Assembly: GCA_041661645.1 (NCBI GenBank)
Contig: JBAZUA010000003.1
Location: 86,841 to 150,840, forward strand
From: Minisyncoccota bacterium
Lineage (GTDB): Bacteria > Patescibacteriota > Minisyncoccia > Phycocordibacterales > UBA6065
Reading direction: 5' to 3'
DNA length: 64,000 nucleotides
In this document: piece after piece, positions 28,174 to 36,357 of the stretch
How positions within the stretch are numbered: the first letter of the stretch is position 1
How the letters are laid out: every line of letters begins with the position of its first letter
Notes under the pieces: generated by a model
What the model saw: only the letters and a program-made list of their open reading frames with translations
The model's database searches: none
What the model was told of the DNA's origin: nothing
Program-made: the position numbers and the translations under genes

Positions 28174-30447
28174 TTATAAAGATTTGTCAGAGTTATCCAC
28201 ATCATCGCCCGAATCATCGTCTCCCACGGCTGCCGCCGGGCTTGCACCGGCGACAGAGCGAGCCTTGGAGCCATCCGCGGCGCCTATGACTCCTCGTTCC
28301 TCGAGCAGGTCCATGAGGCGGGCGGCTCTAGAGTAGCCCACACGAAGCTTTCTCTGTATATAGGAGGTTGATGCCTTTCCTGCCTCGAGCACCACCTTGC
28401 GGGCCTCCTCGTACATGTCGTCATCATCGTCTCCCGCACCCTCCGGCTCGTCAAAGCTTGAAGAGAAGATGGCGTTAGGATCCTTTACCGCGTCGGGGCT
28501 GAGGTTTATCTCGTCATTGAGCTCCTCCGAATGGCTTGAAATAAGGTATTTGACCACGGCCTTCACCTCAGCCTCTGATATATAGGCCGACTGGATACGC
28601 GTGGGCTGGGACATCTCGCCGCCGAGATAGAGCATGTCTCCCTGACCGAGGAGCTTTTCGGCCCCCATCATGTCAAGAATGGTTCGGGAGTCGATCTGGG
28701 AGGCAACCTGAAGGGCGAGGCGGGCTGGGATGTTCGCCTTGATGAGGCCGGTAATGACATTGACTGAGGGTCGCTGGGTCGAGAGCATGAGGTGGATACC
28801 GACGGCTCGGGACATCTGGGCCAGGCGGACGATGCCGGCCTCGAGCTCGCGGGGGTATGTCTGCATGATGTCTGCAAGCTCGTCGATGATGACGACGATA
28901 TAGGGAAGGGGCTCTGGTCCGCGCTCCTCGGTTTCCTCGCCATCCTTTTTTATCTTGAACTTCTTTACAGAGGGCTCATAGATGTTTTTATGATACGAGT
29001 CGAGATCTCGCACGCCATGGGATTGGAGAACGTCATAGCGTCGATCCATCTCTTTGGCTGCCCATTTGAGGGAGAGGATGGCTTTCTTTGCGTCGGTGAT
29101 GACGGGGGTGAGGAGATGGGGAATCTTGTTATAGAGGGTGAGTTCGACGCGCTTTGGGTCGATCATGATGAATTTCAGCTTCTGAGGGGAGTTGCGGAAG
29201 AGAAGGGAGACGATAAGGGCGTGAATGGTGACGGACTTTCCGGAACCTGTGGCGCCCGCGATGAGAAGGTGGGGCATCTTGGCGACGTTGGCGAAATGGG
29301 CCTTGCCGGAGATTCCCTTGCCGAGGCCGACGAGAAGAGGCTTCTCCGATGTCTGGTATTCTTCCGCGGAAAGGAGCGTGCCGAGGCCGACGGTGGTCTT
29401 GGTGGTGTTCGGCATCTCGATGCCGACGAGGGACTTGCCCGGGATAGGGGCCTCGATGCGGAGAGGGTGGGCGGCCAGGGCAAGGGAGAGGTCGTTCTGG
29501 AGTCCGAGTATGCGGGAAACTTTGACGCCTTCGGCAGGCTTGAGGGCGTAGCGGGTGACTGATGGTCCGATAGACACCTCATCCATCTCGACGTTGATGC
29601 CGAAGTTCGCGAGGGTTCTCTTTATGATGTTGGCATTCGCCTTGACGTCGCCCACGACCGGTCGGCCCTTGTCCTTCTCGAGGAGGGTGAGTGGGGGAGG
29701 GGTGTACTCCTTGTCCGAGTCCTTGGACTTCTTGATGAAGTCCTTGCCTTCGTCTTCGTTGATCGCAACCTTAAACTTAGACGCCTTTTCCGTTTTTGGT
29801 TTCTCCTCCGTTTCAGCATCGTCCTTCTTCTCCTTTCGCTTCTTCGGAGTCTCTTCCTCGACGGGGAGTGACAGCTTGAGGTTCAGGTCCTCTTCCTCCT
29901 TCTCGTCCTCGTCGACGTTTTTCTTGTCGAAGGAGAGGAGTGATTTTATGTCGAGCTCTTCATTGAAGGCCACGAGCACCGAGACGATCACAAGCGCCGA
30001 GAGGACGACGAGGCTCGCTGACATGTCGAAGAGTCTCACGAAGGGCCAGGCAACCCAAGTGCCGATGAAGCCTCCGCTGCCGACAGACACTATATCTATG
30101 ATTCCCAGGGTGAAGGTCAGGAAGCCCAGTGAGCCATAGAGTTTGATGGCGTTGAATCGGCTGTGGATATTTCGAAGGGACAAGGTTCCCAGTATGAAGA
30201 ATATGAGGGGGAGAAGATAGTAGCCCACGCCGAGGAGATAGGAGAGTCCCTTATAGGTGTAATGACCCGCCGCCCCGCCGCCCCAGATGGCGAGGGATGT
30301 AAACACCGCAAGGGTAAACCAGAGCACCGCAAAGATTCCCTGTATCGTCTCGTCATGGAGGCCGGAGAGTATCCCGGCCGACGCCTCTTTCTTTTCCGTC
30401 TTTCTGCTGATTTTTTCGGGCTTGTCGGCCTGTTTCTTTTTTGCCAT
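28174..30447 (-). CDS. ftsK: DNA translocase FtsK/SpoIIIE
   Basis: 4-TM N-terminus, PHLLIAGATGSGKS, IDELAD, gamma domain QRKLRVGYSRAARLMD; start chosen at MAKKKQ. Confidence 0.97.
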   Translation of the reverse strand: MAKKKQADKPEKISRKTEKKEASAGILSGLHDETIQGIFAVLWFTLAVFTSLAIWGGGAAGHYTYKGLSYLLGVGYYLLPLIFFILGTLSLRNIHSRFNAIKLYGSLGFLTFTLGIIDIVSVGSGGFIGTWVAWPFVRLFDMSASLVVLSALVIVSVLVAFNEELDIKSLLSFDKKNVDEDEKEEEDLNLKLSLPVEEETPKKRKEKKDDAETEEKPKTEKASKFKVAINEDEGKDFIKKSKDSDKEYTPPPLTLLEKDKGRPVVGDVKANANIIKRTLANFGINVEMDEVSIGPSVTRYALKPAEGVKVSRILGLQNDLSLALAAHPLRIEAPIPGKSLVGIEMPNTTKTTVGLGTLLSAEEYQTSEKPLLVGLGKGISGKAHFANVAKMPHLLIAGATGSGKSVTIHALIVSLLFRNSPQKLKFIMIDPKRVELTLYNKIPHLLTPVITDAKKAILSLKWAAKEMDRRYDVLQSHGVRDLDSYHKNIYEPSVKKFKIKKDGEETEERGPEPLPYIVVIIDELADIMQTYPRELEAGIVRLAQMSRAVGIHLMLSTQRPSVNVITGLIKANIPARLALQVASQIDSRTILDMMGAEKLLGQGDMLYLGGEMSQPTRIQSAYISEAEVKAVVKYLISSHSEELNDEINLSPDAVKDPNAIFSSSFDEPEGAGDDDDDMYEEARKVVLEAGKASTSYIQRKLRVGYSRAARLMDLLEERGVIGAADGSKARSVAGASPAAAVGDDDSGDDVDNSDKSL

Positions 30448-30493
30448 GCGGCCATTATACCACTTTACATAAGGCTGTAATAAGGCCCGTTTG

Positions 30494-30697
30494 CGTCCCG
30501 GGATATTTCGTGTCGCAGGGCGTAAATGCCCTTTACGTCCTTTACCTCTCGGACATATAATGGACAGACTCTCTTGACATTTTCCTATAAAGGACATATT
30601 ATATATAGGACAAAAACAAGGTTCCGGAAGAGACAAACTAAAGGACGAATCATAAAAGACATATATGGAATCACCTCGAATGGACACGGATAAGACG
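30494..30697. promoter_or_regulatory. Divergent promoter region with an array of GGACA-like boxes
   Basis: About 10 DGACR pentamers between 30551 and 30697, inverted CGTCC at 30494 and 30536; TTGACA (30574)-17-TATTAT. Confidence 0.6.
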
Positions 30698-31444
30698 ATG
30701 GGAGGCATAATGGTCTTCAGCCAGAATAACCATTTCGCCTATATCTATAAAAAGACCGAGAAGCTCGTCACGGCGGTCTATATGATTACTAATTTCATCA
30801 AGGACAACGAGCCTCTCAAGTGGCGCATTCGAGAGAAGTCTCTCGAGCTCCTCTCCCTTAACGTGTCTCTGAACACGGTGTCCCTCTCGGACAGGAAGGA
30901 CCTTCTCAAGAAGTATCGGGCGCGCTCGGTCGAGATTGTGTCCCTTTCGAGCATCGCCAATCATTCCGGCCTTATCTCAGAAATGAACTGCGATATCCTT
31001 AAAAGGGAATTCAACAATCTTGCTTCAACGATAGAGAAAGACGAAAACAAGAAGGCAAGCGAGGAGACCGTCATTCTGAGTCCGAGCTTTTTTGATACTC
31101 CTATCGCGTCTCAGCAGATCCAGGAACAGACCCAATTGGCCCCAAGGGTAGTTCCCGTGCCGTCTGCCCAAATCGCCCCCATCGCCGCGGCCCCTCAGAA
31201 TGTCCTTTATAAGAGACAGGGGGTCTCACAGGCTACGCCAAGGAAGGCTGAGTCAAAGAACGATCGTCAGGAGTCTATACTTAAGGTCCTTTCAACTCGG
31301 AACAAGCTTTCCGTAAAGGACTTTACCGATACCATCAAAGGCGTGAGCGAGAAAACTATCCAGCGCGAGCTTCTGTCGATGGTTTCCTCGGGTGTCCTTA
31401 AGAAAGAGGGGGAGAGGCGCTGGAGTACCTACTCTATTGCCTAG
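30665..31444 (+). CDS. Helical N-terminal domain plus C-terminal DeoR-like winged-helix protein
   Basis: KKTEKLVTAVYMIT N-terminal helices; RQESIL...VSEKTIQREL..MV..G.L.KEGERRW wHTH. Confidence 0.8.
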   Translation: MESPRMDTDKTMGGIMVFSQNNHFAYIYKKTEKLVTAVYMITNFIKDNEPLKWRIREKSLELLSLNVSLNTVSLSDRKDLLKKYRARSVEIVSLSSIANHSGLISEMNCDILKREFNNLASTIEKDENKKASEETVILSPSFFDTPIASQQIQEQTQLAPRVVPVPSAQIAPIAAAPQNVLYKRQGVSQATPRKAESKNDRQESILKVLSTRNKLSVKDFTDTIKGVSEKTIQRELLSMVSSGVLKKEGERRWSTYSIA

Positions 31445-31530
31445 GGCTCAAGCCGCTTGCCTTTAGGGTCATTTTGGTGTAGTATTGATGGGTGGATAGC
31501 AGTTATCCACATTCCATTATTTGAGGCCAT

Positions 31531-31946
31531 TTGCACGCAAATGCCTCAAATTATATACTTATGGGAAGTCCCTGTGAGTATTCCTTGGCCCTTGAAAACC
31601 GAATAGCGATTTCAATCACCGATAATCTGAATTTGATTCCGGACGGAATGCCGTATTTCCGAATAACCACTTCATCCTATCAACTATCCCCGAGCCTTGT
31701 GTCGATCTCTCGGGCGAATCAAAAGTTCGCTCGAGAGAAAAATGAGTATCGGGGAATAGTGGAGCGATGGACGTGACGAGTAATATCGTCACGGCCCATG
31801 CGCACACATTCCTTCTCGTTGCCGTCGAAGCGTGAGAGGGAGTGACGGCCGGCTTTAGCTTAGTCACACAGAAGTCTGATATTGCGGACAATTAAAAGTT
31901 ATCCCGCGGTCCAGGCTTCTTCATTACTTAAAGTACACACTTATAT
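31531..31946 (+). promoter_or_regulatory. Promoter and ~380-nt structured 5' leader of the S-layer-like gene
   Basis: TTGCAC-17-TATACT (31531-31559); hairpins CTCTCGGGCGAA/TTCGCTCGAGAG, CGTGACG/CGTCACG, CTATCCCCGA/TCGGGGAATAG. Confidence 0.6.
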
Positions 31947-33890
31947 ATGTCAACCAATAAAATCGTTGCGGCAGCAGTGGGATTCTCACTCGCCTTCGCA
32001 GCTTTCGTAGGAGTTGGAGCAGCATCGGCAGGCGCACAGTCTATGACTTTGAGCCAGCTCGTTGACCTCTTCATCTCTCTCGGAATCATCTCTTCTGACA
32101 AGGCAGCAGCAGCAAAGGCAGCTGTTACCTCTTCCGCAACCGTCGCAGCTACTACCTTCAGCAAGGATCTCACCATCGGTTCTACCGGTGCTGATGTTTC
32201 CGCTCTCCAGGCAGCAGTCGGCGTAACTCCTGCTACTGGCTACTTCGGTGCAATCACCAAGGCAGCTGTTCAGGCTTACCAGACTTCAAAGGGAATCAGC
32301 GCTACCGGTTACGTAGGACCACTCACCCGAGCGGCTCTCAACGGATCAGTAACGACTACGACCACGACCACCACTACGACCCCTTCGACCACCACGACCA
32401 CGACCGTAGTTAACTCTGGCGTAGAAGGAATTCTTACCGCAGACAAGGCTTCTATCTCTAACTCGACCGTTTACGAGGGAGACACGATGCACACTGTTCT
32501 CGGTATCAAGCTCCAGGCCCGACTCTCTGACATCAACGTACAGCGCGTTCGATTGAACCTCGGTGCAGATACTTCTATCTACACGAAGGCATTCAAGACG
32601 ATGTACCTCGTTGACGACGCAGGAAAGGTCATCGCTCAGGCAGACCTCAACTCAAACACTGTTGTAAAGGATAGCTCTGTCTATCTCCTTACCTTCGGTG
32701 GATTCAACTACGCAGTTGCAAAGGATACTACCAAGTACCTCTGGGTTAAGGCTGATGCTTACTCGTCGTTCAAGACCACTGGAAGCACGAACTGTGCTTC
32801 TACGGCCTCGACTTGTACCATCGCTCTCGCCGACAGCAACGGAGTTCGAGGAGTTGACGGAGCAGGTATTGATCAGAATGCTGGTGGAACCACCGGTTTC
32901 GCTCAGACCATTACCCTCCAGACCAGCCTCATCGAAAACGCTACCCTTGACCTTTCTGTCAGCCCATCAAACGTCAAGACTGGCGATGTAGTTGCTTCGG
33001 AAGGTGCAAACAATGACGAGCTTGATCAGATGTCAGTTCTCGTGTTTGACGTTCGCGCAAACAAGGACTCACTCGACATCACTGACCTCACTGCAAGCAT
33101 CACTTCGACCGCAGCTCTCGCTACCGCAACGACCGCTTACCTCTACGATGGTTCAACCCTCGTCCAGACTGAGTCGATCAACGGTACGACCGTAACCTTC
33201 TCTGACATCAGCAACCTCTCTGTCGCAAAGGACACCACTAAGTCCCTTACGCTCAAGATTGATGTTCGAAGCGCCGTCGCTACTCCTGATTCGTTCGCCG
33301 CATCTATCGCTGCAAGCGGTATAACTGCTGAGAACTCATTGGGTACTACTGTACGCAACACTTCAGCTATCACTGGTGAGAATCAGATTGTCCGAAACGC
33401 AGGTCCAGTATTCACTCTTAAGAGCATCGTCAACGGTACTCCTTCGAAGACTACTGACCAGAACGGTCAGGCAACTTCTACCTTGCCTGTAACCTTCAAC
33501 CTCAACATTGCTGCCAAGGGATCAGACATCACCTTCGGTGCAAACGGTGGGGTTTGGGCTCTCGCAACGACCGGTCAGGCTGTCTTCTACGAGAACAACG
33601 TACTTACCGCAACCTCAAGCATCATGGCTTCTGGCTCTAACGTATCTGTTCTCTACACGGCACCTTCGACTGGTGTAACTAACGGAACCGACGTCTTCAC
33701 TCTTGCAAAGGGTGCAAACATTGACCTTCCTGTTATCGTAAGCATCACGGTTGGAAAGGCTTCTGGATCTGCAGCATACTCTGTTGGATTCAGCGGATTC
33801 AACTGGGGTCTCTCTGGAGCGGCTACTACGACTTCTACCTTCATGTCTGGTAAGACTGAGTGGAGAAGCACGAACGTAACCCTTCCTTAG
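31947..33890 (+). CDS. Major secreted surface/S-layer-like protein with a peptidoglycan-binding-like domain
   Basis: Signal peptide; DLTIGSTGADVSALQ...TGYFG.ITKAAV..YQ...TGYVGPLTRAALN (PG_binding_1-like); Thr linker; strongly biased GCA/GCT/ACT/TCT codons. Confidence 0.8.
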   Translation: MSTNKIVAAAVGFSLAFAAFVGVGAASAGAQSMTLSQLVDLFISLGIISSDKAAAAKAAVTSSATVAATTFSKDLTIGSTGADVSALQAAVGVTPATGYFGAITKAAVQAYQTSKGISATGYVGPLTRAALNGSVTTTTTTTTTTPSTTTTTTVVNSGVEGILTADKASISNSTVYEGDTMHTVLGIKLQARLSDINVQRVRLNLGADTSIYTKAFKTMYLVDDAGKVIAQADLNSNTVVKDSSVYLLTFGGFNYAVAKDTTKYLWVKADAYSSFKTTGSTNCASTASTCTIALADSNGVRGVDGAGIDQNAGGTTGFAQTITLQTSLIENATLDLSVSPSNVKTGDVVASEGANNDELDQMSVLVFDVRANKDSLDITDLTASITSTAALATATTAYLYDGSTLVQTESINGTTVTFSDISNLSVAKDTTKSLTLKIDVRSAVATPDSFAASIAASGITAENSLGTTVRNTSAITGENQIVRNAGPVFTLKSIVNGTPSKTTDQNGQATSTLPVTFNLNIAAKGSDITFGANGGVWALATTGQAVFYENNVLTATSSIMASGSNVSVLYTAPSTGVTNGTDVFTLAKGANIDLPVIVSITVGKASGSAAYSVGFSGFNWGLSGAATTTSTFMSGKTEWRSTNVTLP

Positions 33891-33941
33891 TAGGAAAGTT
33901 ACTGGACATAGCGCTGAATCGAAAGGTTTAGCCTAGTTCAA

Positions 33942-33975
33942 GCAAAAGCCGCACGAGCAATCGTGCGGCTTTTGC
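33942..33975 (+). terminator. Intrinsic terminator after the S-layer-like gene
   Basis: GCAAAAGCCGCACGA-GCAA-TCGTGCGGCTTTTGC. Confidence 0.85.
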
Positions 33976-34012
33976 GTTGGGAGAAAAGGAGATTGTTCTA
34001 TATAATAGGGCT

Positions 34013-35005
34013 ATGAAAAAGGCATCGAACGAGGGCGGGTTCATGAAGAAGATAGTCATAGTGACCGTGGCGGCCTGCATTGCATTTGTATTCCTATTCA
34101 AGTTTCTCCAGGATTTTCAGGCGACATCGTTCATCAACCTTTCCTCGGGCACGAATTATACGAGCCGATATCAGTCCGCGACGAACCCTTTGCTCGACTT
34201 TGGCAATTCCTCATATAGCCCATATTCGGACGATTCGAACAGGAGCGTGCCAAACTCTGATGGCAAGTTCACGTCGCCATATGCGGCGCAGGTAAGGTTG
34301 TCTTCTGGTAGCGCGAGCCAGGCTAATCAGACCTATGAGGAATACGTGACGCTCACCAACAGCGGCGCGCCCATCAACATTACGGGCTGGGTCATTGCAA
34401 ACGGCAAGGGGTCGAGGCCGATAGAGAATACTCAGATAAGCTATGCATATCCGGTAGCCGATTCTGCGACCATAGGGCAGGGGACCGAGTTCGTCTCCCC
34501 GGACGGCAAGTTTCAGGTTGGACCGATAGTTCTCAAGAGGGGCGACACGGCAATTCTTCAGACGGGAAGGCCCTTCTCGCAGTTTCCCTTTGCCCTCTAC
34601 ACGAGCTTCCGCGAGAACATGTGCATGGGCTATCTCGACAAATATCCTCTCGCGCCGCAGCTCAGCCTGTCATGCCCGTTCCCGACCAGCGACCCTTTCA
34701 TTCGAACGGTGACAGATCAGTGCTATGACTATCTCAACTCGCTTGCCCGCTGCCAGAGCCCGCAGGATGCGGTAAAGGGCCCGGAGAAGGATAGATATGA
34801 TCTTCTGACCTCCCAGTGCAAGTCTTTTGTCACCTCTCGCCTGAATTATCAGAGCTGCGTGGAGAATAATAGGGACGCCCAGGGCTTCTCGACCAATCAG
34901 TGGCGCGTGTTCCTCAACAGGGATCGCGAGCTTTGGGCAAGCTCCCGCGAGACCATCACCCTTTACGACGCTCAGGGATATGTGGTGGATAGGTTAACTT
35001 ACTGA
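34013..35005 (+). CDS. Secreted/membrane-anchored lamin-tail-like domain protein, Cys-rich
   Basis: TM segment; EEYVTLTN...INITGW; ETITLYD.QG..VD. Confidence 0.65.
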   Translation: MKKASNEGGFMKKIVIVTVAACIAFVFLFKFLQDFQATSFINLSSGTNYTSRYQSATNPLLDFGNSSYSPYSDDSNRSVPNSDGKFTSPYAAQVRLSSGSASQANQTYEEYVTLTNSGAPINITGWVIANGKGSRPIENTQISYAYPVADSATIGQGTEFVSPDGKFQVGPIVLKRGDTAILQTGRPFSQFPFALYTSFRENMCMGYLDKYPLAPQLSLSCPFPTSDPFIRTVTDQCYDYLNSLARCQSPQDAVKGPEKDRYDLLTSQCKSFVTSRLNYQSCVENNRDAQGFSTNQWRVFLNRDRELWASSRETITLYDAQGYVVDRLTY

Positions 35006-35061
35006 TTTCTTTAGGATTTCTTCGGCGGTCCTTCATGGCCTAATTGATATTGTTTCTTCAT

Positions 35062-36357
35062 ATGAAGAAACAATATTTTTATTTCACGATGATTGGAAGG
35101 AGGGTCTTTTGTCTGTCTGTCGCCATTCTGTCTGCCTTTGTCGCGCCAGTTGTTGCCTGCGCCCAGGTTATCATCACGGAGATAATGTACGATGTGCCCG
35201 GCCCGGATACGGGAAGGGAATGGATCGAGGTGAAAAATTCCGGTTCAGAGCCCGTAGATCTTTCAACGTGGAAACTGTTCGAGGCCAATACAAATCACAA
35301 GATAGTCGCCGTCGGAGCGGCGATCGTCGCACGGGGTTCCTTTGCCGTGATCGCTGATGTTCCTGAAAAGTTTATTGCCGATAATCCCGGTTTCTCCGGT
35401 CAGGTGTTCGATAGCACGTTCTCGCTTTCGGGCGACGGGGAGACGTTGGTCGTTCGTGATTCGTCCGGGGCCGATAGCGATTCGGTCTCGTATGACCCAT
35501 CGATCGGAGCCAAGGGAGACGGCCTTTCGTTGCAAAGGACATCCGATGGGAGGTGGATTGCCGCCAATCCTACCCTGGCCGCGCTGACCATCGCCACCCA
35601 GTCTGAGACAGTGAGGGTTCCTTCCAGTGAAACCGAAATATCCGCATCCGAGGCGCCTCCCTTGGCCGTGTCCGCCCCACAGGATTCTCAGGCAAATTCA
35701 GCCTATGCGAGCCAAGCCTTGGCGAACACGTCGGCAGATCAGTCTGACCTCGAGGTGACGTCTGGTCGGACGAGGCTCGGTTTCGTGGATACCGCGCTTG
35801 AGTTTCGGGCCAAGGTTCGAAAGGGAGGAAGTCCCACATCGACCATCGAGCATATTTGGTCCATGGGGGATGGGTCAATTTACCACGGGACGATCATAGA
35901 TCATGCCTACAGATTCGGCGGCCTTTATTCGGTCATTTTGAACAGTTCGACAAAACATTCTCAGGCCGTATCAAAGGTGTCCGTAAGGATTCTCGAACCG
36001 AGAATCTCCATTGTCGCCGTAACTGATCAGTATGTCGAGATACGAAACGATGATTCATCCGAGCTCAACCTGGGTGGCTGGTCAATCCAAACCGAGGTGA
36101 ATAGGTTTATCGTGGGCGACGATACGATAATGGCCCCTGGCATATCCGTGAAGTTTGCCTTTGCCGCGATTCCTCGGTTCGCCCCGCCCAAGGAATTCAT
36201 TCGCATCCTCAGCCCCTTCGGTCGCATCTTTGCCGAGTGGCACCCTGGCGTCGTGGCGGGGATAGCCCCGGATGGGGTGCTCATCGAATTGCCAGAGGGG
36301 ATGACGAGGGAATCACTCGAGACACTGTTTCGTAATGTTGTAAACAGCCATGAGTAA
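35062..36357 (+). CDS. Lamin tail domain plus PKD-like domain surface protein
   Basis: ITEIMYD.PG.D..REWIEV.N; WSMGDG (PKD-like); start position uncertain. Confidence 0.75.
   Translation: MKKQYFYFTMIGRRVFCLSVAILSAFVAPVVACAQVIITEIMYDVPGPDTGREWIEVKNSGSEPVDLSTWKLFEANTNHKIVAVGAAIVARGSFAVIADVPEKFIADNPGFSGQVFDSTFSLSGDGETLVVRDSSGADSDSVSYDPSIGAKGDGLSLQRTSDGRWIAANPTLAALTIATQSETVRVPSSETEISASEAPPLAVSAPQDSQANSAYASQALANTSADQSDLEVTSGRTRLGFVDTALEFRAKVRKGGSPTSTIEHIWSMGDGSIYHGTIIDHAYRFGGLYSVILNSSTKHSQAVSKVSVRILEPRISIVAVTDQYVEIRNDDSSELNLGGWSIQTEVNRFIVGDDTIMAPGISVKFAFAAIPRFAPPKEFIRILSPFGRIFAEWHPGVVAGIAPDGVLIELPEGMTRESLETLFRNVVNSHE

Noticed and set aside
31492-31511. DnaA-box-like pair GTGGATAG / TTATCCACA (another TTATCCACA at 28193) as a possible oriC
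   Set aside because: Only isolated boxes; no dnaA/dnaN, no box cluster and no AT-rich unwinding repeats nearby
32351-32405. ACG/ACC/ACT tandem repeat
   Set aside because: Encodes a poly-Thr linker in the surface protein; not a CRISPR array or independent repeat
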